24,693 bases of DNA from Synechococcus sp. (GTDB lineage: Bacteria; Cyanobacteriota; Cyanobacteriia; Thermostichales; PCC-7336), in the NCBI GenBank assembly GCA_051439605.1, contig JBFRWN010000051.1, positions 1 through 24,693 on the forward strand, given 5' to 3'. Both the position numbers and the translations under genes were made by a program. Below the pieces are notes generated by a model that was not told where the DNA came from, did not search any database, and saw nothing but the letters and a program-made list of their open reading frames with translations. Positions 19,014-24,693 of this stretch are shown here, piece by piece. Numbering within the stretch: position 1 is the first letter of the stretch; each line of letters starts with the position of its first letter.

Positions 19014-19049
19014 TATTAATGAAGGGCATTCGAAGCATAAGCATTGAAA

Positions 19050-21218
19050 ATGGAACAGACTGCTAAGAAATCGAAAAAGTTTCACTGTGTCACCCAAATG
19101 TCTGAAGAAGACTGTGGTGCTGCCTGTTTAGCATCTGTTTGCAAATATTATGGACGATATTTAGGACTTAATCAAAGTCGTGAAATTATAGGCACAGGAC
19201 AATTAGGGACGTCCTTACTAGGACTCAGAAGAGGAGCTCAAAGACTTGGGTTTAATACCAGAGCAGTGAAAGCGAGTCCCGAAGTTGTCAACAAAATGAA
19301 CGAGATGATCTTGCCTTCAATAATCCATTGGAGAGGCAATCATTGGGTTGTTTGGTATGGTCGACAGGGTAAGAAGTATGTGATTGCCGATCCGGCATGC
19401 GGTTTACGCTTTATTAACAAGCAAGAACTCTTAAAATACTGGAATGGGATCATGCTTTTGCTCGATCCAGATCCTATTTTGTTTTACGAGCAAGTGGGAA
19501 ATGAGGCAGCACCTGGTTTTGCAAGATTTCTAAAACGAATCTTGCCCTTCAAAGGCATTCTAGCTGAAGCAATAGGCATCAATATTGCATTAGGTTTGCT
19601 TTCCTTATCTACTCCTTTTCTTGTTCAACTACTAACTGACGAAGTACTGGTTCGAGGGGATACACAATTACTGACAGTGATTATTATTGGGGTAGTCTTT
19701 TTTCACTTGATGGCTGCAACTCTTCGTTTTTTTCAATCCACTTTGATCGCGCACTTCAACCAAAAACTTCAACTGGGTCTCGTACTTGAGTTCGGCTATA
19801 AGATTTTGCGATTACCACTAGATTATTATGAGGCAAGGCGCAGTGGAGAAATTGCCAGTCGGATGCGAGATATTAATGAGGTAAATTTATTAATTTCTCA
19901 GATTGCATCTTCTTATCCAAGCAAAATATTTGTTGCATTTATTTCTTTGGGATTTATGTTTTTCTATAGCTGGGAACTAACGCTAGTCGCCTTGTCTTTA
20001 GCCCTTATGATGACCCTCGCAACGCTTCCATTTATGCCTGTTCTTAAAGCCAAAACACGGAATATGCTGGTACTCTCAGCAGAGAATCAGGGGGTGCTTG
20101 TCGAAACATTTAAAGGTGCTTTAGTTCTTAAGTCGACAAATGCTGTCGATCAATTTTGGGAAGAATTACAGAGTCGATTTGGTCGTCTTGCAAATATCAG
20201 GTTCTCAACCATCAAAATTTCTATTATCAATAGTACACTATCTTCTTTTGTTTCGAGTGTTGGTGCAGTTGTATTACTCGGAACTGGAAGCATTTTAGTC
20301 ATTAATAAAGAGATTAGTATTGGTCAATTATTGGCATTTAATGCCATGCAAGCAAACGTTCTAGCTTTTGTTTCTGCATCGATCGGACTACTTGATGAGT
20401 ACTTTCGCGCCCATACTGCATTGACTCGGCTTATAGAAGTGATTGATGCAGAGCCAGAGGTAGAACGAAATTCTCATAAGCCGGATGTGGTTGTTTCAAG
20501 TATTGATGATATTTACTGTGAAAATGTGACTTTCTACCATCCTGGCAGAGTATCATTGATGGAAAATTTTGATGCTGTGATTCCAGGAGGCAAGCTAACA
20601 GCACTGATTGGTGAATCGGGTTGTGGTAAAAGTACTTTAGCTAAGCTAATCGCTAACCTATACAAACCCGTATCTGGAAGCATACGGGTTGGCCCATATA
20701 GTCTTCAAGATATTTCTATTGAGTCTATTAGACGCCAAATAGTTTATGTTCCTCAGGAACCTCATTTCTGGAGCCGATCGATTCTAGAAAATTTCCGCCT
20801 TGGAAATCCAACTCGGTCTTTTGAAGAGATTGTCCGCGTTTGTCAAATTGCTGAAGCACATGACTTTATCAATAAACTCCCCAACCAATACCAAACAGTT
20901 TTAGGTGAATTTGGCGCCAATCTTTCGGGTGGACAACGGCAGCGATTGGCAATTGCAAGAGCGTTATTGTCCGATCCTCCGATTCTTATTTTAGATGAAT
21001 CAACCTCAGGCCTCGATCCAATTAGTGAGGCTAGAGTATTAGATAAGTTGTTGCCTTACCGTAAGGGTAAAACTACGATTATGATTTCTCATAGACCCAG
21101 TACTGTAAAACGTACTGATTGGTTAGTCTTCTTAGAGAATGGTCGTTTGAAGTTATCTGGATCTCTGGAACAATTACGTTCTATCCCTGGAGAACATATG
21201 AGATTCTTGGAAGCATAA
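19050..21218 (+). CDS. Peptidase-containing ABC transporter (C39 peptidase + TMD + NBD)
   Basis: QMSEEDCGAACL (catalytic Cys), HWRGNHWVV (His) and IADP (Asp). Walker A GESGCGKST, signature LSGGQRQR, Walker B ILILDE and H-loop ISHR are all intact. Confidence 0.96.
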   Translation: MEQTAKKSKKFHCVTQMSEEDCGAACLASVCKYYGRYLGLNQSREIIGTGQLGTSLLGLRRGAQRLGFNTRAVKASPEVVNKMNEMILPSIIHWRGNHWVVWYGRQGKKYVIADPACGLRFINKQELLKYWNGIMLLLDPDPILFYEQVGNEAAPGFARFLKRILPFKGILAEAIGINIALGLLSLSTPFLVQLLTDEVLVRGDTQLLTVIIIGVVFFHLMAATLRFFQSTLIAHFNQKLQLGLVLEFGYKILRLPLDYYEARRSGEIASRMRDINEVNLLISQIASSYPSKIFVAFISLGFMFFYSWELTLVALSLALMMTLATLPFMPVLKAKTRNMLVLSAENQGVLVETFKGALVLKSTNAVDQFWEELQSRFGRLANIRFSTIKISIINSTLSSFVSSVGAVVLLGTGSILVINKEISIGQLLAFNAMQANVLAFVSASIGLLDEYFRAHTALTRLIEVIDAEPEVERNSHKPDVVVSSIDDIYCENVTFYHPGRVSLMENFDAVIPGGKLTALIGESGCGKSTLAKLIANLYKPVSGSIRVGPYSLQDISIESIRRQIVYVPQEPHFWSRSILENFRLGNPTRSFEEIVRVCQIAEAHDFINKLPNQYQTVLGEFGANLSGGQRQRLAIARALLSDPPILILDESTSGLDPISEARVLDKLLPYRKGKTTIMISHRPSTVKRTDWLVFLENGRLKLSGSLEQLRSIPGEHMRFLEA

Positions 21219-21241
21219 ATTAAAAAATTGGCATCGAAAGA

Positions 21242-21263
21242 GTATTAACTTTTTTGTTAATAC
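21242..21263. promoter_or_regulatory. 8-bp inverted repeat between the PCAT and the next gene
   Basis: GTATTAAC-TTTTTT-GTTAATAC; may be a terminator or an operator. Confidence 0.35.
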
Positions 21264-21356
21264 AATCATGATTTAAATACAAGTTGATATTATATACATA
21301 GATTGGGCGACCCTAGGTTCTGTTTGTATCCTTTTTCTAATAGTAGGGAGGTTATA

Positions 21357-21674
21357 ATGTCGAGCTTAAGCCGTATCGATAAATGTCTGGAGTCTGATTT
21401 TCTGGAAGAGATTCCGGAGTTATTGCAGCAAAGCGTGGTTGGCGGGACAACATTTTTTCATTTTAAGGATATACAGATATTTTCTGCCTCTGACCTCAGC
21501 GCCAACTTAGATCTCGGGGATGTAGATCTCTCTTCTGTTTATGCCCTTAGTTACAGGGAGATGATAGTCGCTACAGATGTTAAGGGTTGGGTTCCAGGCC
21601 CTGGACTCTACAATGCTTACAGTCCTCGTTACGCTCAGACCACCGCACCCTATTTATATTTCAATAGCTTATAG
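21357..21674 (+). CDS. Additional double-glycine-leader precursor (30-aa leader, 75-aa core)
   Basis: GGGAGG precedes ATG 21357. Leader ends FLEEIPELLQQSVVGG. Directly downstream of the PCAT. Confidence 0.75.
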   Translation: MSSLSRIDKCLESDFLEEIPELLQQSVVGGTTFFHFKDIQIFSASDLSANLDLGDVDLSSVYALSYREMIVATDVKGWVPGPGLYNAYSPRYAQTTAPYLYFNSL

Positions 21675-22869
21675 GCTTAGAATGTGCCAGTTCTGACTCT
21701 GAACTTTATCTGAAAAGGGTTTTGCATAACCCAAAAGCTAGACGTGGCAATAAACAGCCCGCCGTTCGAATCACGGAAATAGTGTTTTGGCACAAATTCA
21801 TTCGAACTAGGGGAAATGAGAGTGGATGGAGATTCTATCCATCTGCTTGTGGGTACAACACTGGACTGTACCTTATTGAGGGCGATCCAGATATATAATG
21901 ATATTAGTAAAAGAGAGATGTTTAAGCGTTTCCTTGAAATCCCCAAATAGTTTTGTATATGGGGACAGCTGGTGTGATAGTGCATATATCGAGACGTTGT
22001 AAGCCGAAGCTATTAGTTTGCTCGTGAAGAAGTATGTTCGGGAGTAAAGGCTTCTAGAGGAACAAAGAACGTGAGCATCAGATAAAGATCTTTAAGCTGT
22101 GAGCCTCTCGTACGTAAGGGTTTCAGACTAGCTCCAAAGAAGCTCCTTAAATAGCCAGAAATTTATGCATAACCACTTTACGGGTTCCCAGACATTGAGA
22201 CGTATCTATATGTGGTTTCTACATCATTTCTACGTCATAAACCGATCCAAAATTATCCAATCACCATTTCCTCGAACTGTAACGAGGTATTTTCTTGAAA
22301 GTCTTCATTGACTGGATCTTATTCAAACAAGCCCGATACGAGTGCAGCGTTATCAGTTCAGTACTGCTAGGGAGTCATTAAGGTGGTTCGCCGCTTCAGG
22401 ATTATCGAGTGTACTTTCGTAGTCCATCAAGGTGAGCAGATACAGAATCGGAGCGAAAGACACGATCGGTTCGTTGATGCCCGACAAAAAGAAATCAGAG
22501 TTGCAAAGCCGTGATACCGCCGATCCCCTTGCATCTTTTGGGGCGGGTAGTGAGCCACATGGAGACACTGCCGTAGACTACAGCCAACTCGACCATTGAA
22601 AGGAATGCAGCAAGCTGGTTAGCGGTAGGGGAAAACTTTGCGTCACGGAAAAATCTCGCAACGGTTAACTTACATAGGTTGAATGCCTTTGGAAAATAGT
22701 TGCAATCATTACCTAATTAACATATCTGGGTAACATATTACTCATGACATCGTCATGCTCGTTTATTGATGTTCTACCTGGCCCCTTAACGAATATTTTT
22801 TGGAAAGATTTCGGAAATTTGCCTAGACTCTAGAGATTGCAAGGGTTTTGCCGATCGCGTAGTAGTTCG

Positions 22870-23544
22870 CTACCTCTTCACGAACTCGAGACCGAGATAC
22901 TGTTTTTTTTGCGAAAATCTAGCTATAGATAGAGCAGCCATTGTGCAATTCCAGCCAATCAAACATTCTATTGCCTTTATTGACAGGCTCCCAAACAGTT
23001 CTCGAATAGTTTGACGGAATTGCTCGACATCTAACAATGGCTGCCAAGGTACCAAGCGATCGCCCCGATAGGCTGCGAACTGCTTCAATTTTTGCGAAGC
23101 CTGATTTCTGCGCCGTTTGGCTGCTTTCAACTTAGCTTTGAGTTTGCGTAACAACCGATAGACCGCAGCGTAAGATGCGTCCACTCCCTGGTCTTGAAGC
23201 CATTGCTGAACGGCCCCGTAACTTTCAAAGCTTTGGGGATCTCGCAAGCGTTCTTTTAATGCGCGCACAGCCCACGGGGGAATCGAAGGTTTGCGGCCAG
23301 TTGGCTTTTTGTGCTCCAGCAAAGCCTGCATCCCCCCCTCCCGATAAAGGGATAACCAATCCTGGACGGTTACCCGATGGCGACCGAGCAGTGACGCGAG
23401 TTTGCTCACCGTCTTCACTCGTTTCCCTTTGAGCAAATACAGCGCTTGTACCCGTTCTTTGCCCTGGGCAGTTGTTTGGCGACCTAAGAGGTTTTTTAGT
23501 TCGGCTTCGGTCTCTTTGATATCTAGCTTGAATCGTCCGGCCAT
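22870..23544 (-). CDS. IS630-type helix-turn-helix protein (transposase ORF-A-like) with no DDE domain
   Basis: KERVQALYLLK, LGRHRVTVQDWLSLYREGG, TGRKPSIP, FESYGAVQQWL and KLKAKLK are typical of the cyanobacterial IS630 N-terminus. No catalytic motifs were recognised downstream. Confidence 0.75.
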   Translation of the reverse strand: MAGRFKLDIKETEAELKNLLGRQTTAQGKERVQALYLLKGKRVKTVSKLASLLGRHRVTVQDWLSLYREGGMQALLEHKKPTGRKPSIPPWAVRALKERLRDPQSFESYGAVQQWLQDQGVDASYAAVYRLLRKLKAKLKAAKRRRNQASQKLKQFAAYRGDRLVPWQPLLDVEQFRQTIRELFGSLSIKAIECLIGWNCTMAALSIARFSQKKQYLGLEFVKR

Positions 23545-23977
23545 TGTTCGCAGGGTTTCATCTTTCCCAATACTCTTCACTATCTGTAGTCTAACTAACG
23601 TATCTATCTGATGTCGAACTTTAATTATTGAGCCAATGCTCGCAAGATTTGATATTCTCTAAAGCCTTTCTCTATCTGTAGTCTTTCTAACGGAAAGATG
23701 TCACTTTGCTACTCTTCTATCATTTAGATCTATGACCTACCGAGAGTTTTGAAATCTTCGCATATGAGCTTGACAAAGCGTTACAGAGTCTGTTTAGAAT
23801 CTTTACTGTTGAGCTTGCAAAGTCCTTCAATTCATCAGAATTAGGCTGCAATCTAGTTCTGTAAAATTCTTTGCTGACTAAGGTACATTCCTTTAGGGTT
23901 GCCAAGAATCTTCTTTCTAAGATTCTGTAACTTGGGATTGTTAGTTGGGACTGTGCTTGAATAGCTCGAGTTAGATG

Positions 23978-24105
23978 ATTGAATTTAACTTGCGCATAAT
24001 TTTCAGAGGCAAATTGAATTTGAAATATTTTATTTGTTAGTGGGCAGATTGAATTTGAAATATTTCAATTGTTATTAGGTAAATAGCTTTTGAACTGTTT
24101 CAAAT
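23978..24105. repeat. Degenerate 35-bp tandem repeat containing palindromes
   Basis: ATTGAATTT occurs at 23978, 24013 and 24048, exactly 35 bp apart. Units start at 24008, 24043 and 24078. Perfect palindrome TTGAAATATTTCAA at 24055-24068. Confidence 0.75.
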
Positions 24106-24196
24106 GCTTGCTTGACTTAAGTTTTGCCCTGAATAACTTAGGCCAGTCTAGCTCTTAAGTTTGCATCAGCTGTTGAGCATTTAATGGAGATCGTGC

Positions 24197-24693
24197 ATGC
24201 CTTTAGAGGCTTTATCTGAAATCCCGACGCCAGTATTCGAAGGAGCGGTGCCTGCTGCGCCCGAAGCGCCTACCGCCCCCGAAGCGCCCAGTGCCCCCGA
24301 AGCACCAGTATTCGAAGGAGCGGTGCCTGCTGCGCCCGAAGCGCCCACCGCACCTGAAGCGCCCACCGCGCCCGAAGCGCCAGTATTCGACGCAACACTG
24401 CCCGACGTGCCCACCGCACCCGAAGCGCCCACCGCACCTGAAGCGCCCACCGCGCCCGAAGCGCCAGTATTCGACGCAACACTGCCCGACGTGCCCACCG
24501 CACCTGAAGCGCCCACCGCGCCCGAAGCGCCAGTATTCGACGCAACACTGCCCGACGTGCCCACCGCACCTGAAGCACCCACCGCGCCTGAAGCGCCCAC
24601 CGCGCCCGAAGCGCCAGTATTCGACGCAACACTGCCCGACGTGCCCACCGCACCTGAAGCGCCCACCGCACCTGACGCGCCCACCGCGCCCGA
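24197..24693 (+). CDS. 5' part of a Pro/Ala/Glu-rich repeat protein running off the window; not in the ORF track
   Basis: GGAGA (24186-24190) precedes ATG 24197. The open frame reads MPLEALSEIPTPVFEGAVPAAPEAPTAPEAP...PVFDATLPDVPTAPEAPT with no stop. The antisense GASGAV ORF shares wobble positions and remains the alternative. Confidence 0.55.
   Translation, partial: MPLEALSEIPTPVFEGAVPAAPEAPTAPEAPSAPEAPVFEGAVPAAPEAPTAPEAPTAPEAPVFDATLPDVPTAPEAPTAPEAPTAPEAPVFDATLPDVPTAPEAPTAPEAPVFDATLPDVPTAPEAPTAPEAPTAPEAPVFDATLPDVPTAPEAPTAPDAPTAP
24229..24693. repeat. Nested coding tandem repeat: 9/18-bp APE/APT units within larger units of variable length
   Basis: GCGCCCACCGC(A/G)CC(T/C)GAA units alternate with CCAGTATTCGA-anchored blocks, six in all. 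Confidence 0.95.

Noticed and set aside
21677..22568. Short minus-strand ORFs as immunity genes
   Set aside because: No convincing RBS or family motif; they cannot be supported from sequence alone.
23978..24105. 35-bp repeats as a CRISPR array
   Set aside because: Units are contiguous and degenerate, with no unique spacers and no cas genes in the window.

Overview
Cyanobacterial accessory region: the HIP1 octamer GCGATCGC occurs at least 7 times, and the pentapeptide and TolC proteins are cyanobacterial in type. It opens with the end of an IS50/Tn5-like IS4 element that has removed the 5' end of a phosphate acetyltransferase gene (pta), which is also frameshifted by a 4-bp duplication. The core of the window looks like a double-glycine-leader peptide export system: four tandem near-identical 70-aa precursors (CTB/EbfG-like), a collapsed fifth copy, an HlyD adaptor, a C39-peptidase ABC transporter (PCAT) and a further precursor after the PCAT. 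Upstream lie a TolC, a TPR-GT41 (SPINDLY/OGT-like) glycosyltransferase, a PAPS sulfotransferase and an orphan GG-leader precursor sharing the array's 12-nt upstream motif. The parts list (sulfotransferase + HlyD + PCAT + TolC + GG precursors with an acidic Asp-Tyr site) parallels the Xanthomonas RaxX/RaxSTABC sulfotyrosine pathway. This suggests a possible sulfated and/or glycosylated secreted-peptide or functional-amyloid system; the link to the tailoring enzymes is inference only. The spacers between precursors carry conserved hairpins with a compensatory base change. Also present: a membrane-anchored pentapeptide-repeat protein, a stand-alone ParB/Srx-like protein, IS630 and ISAzo13 remnants, several operator-like repeats, and a Pro/Ala/Glu repeat gene running off the right end.
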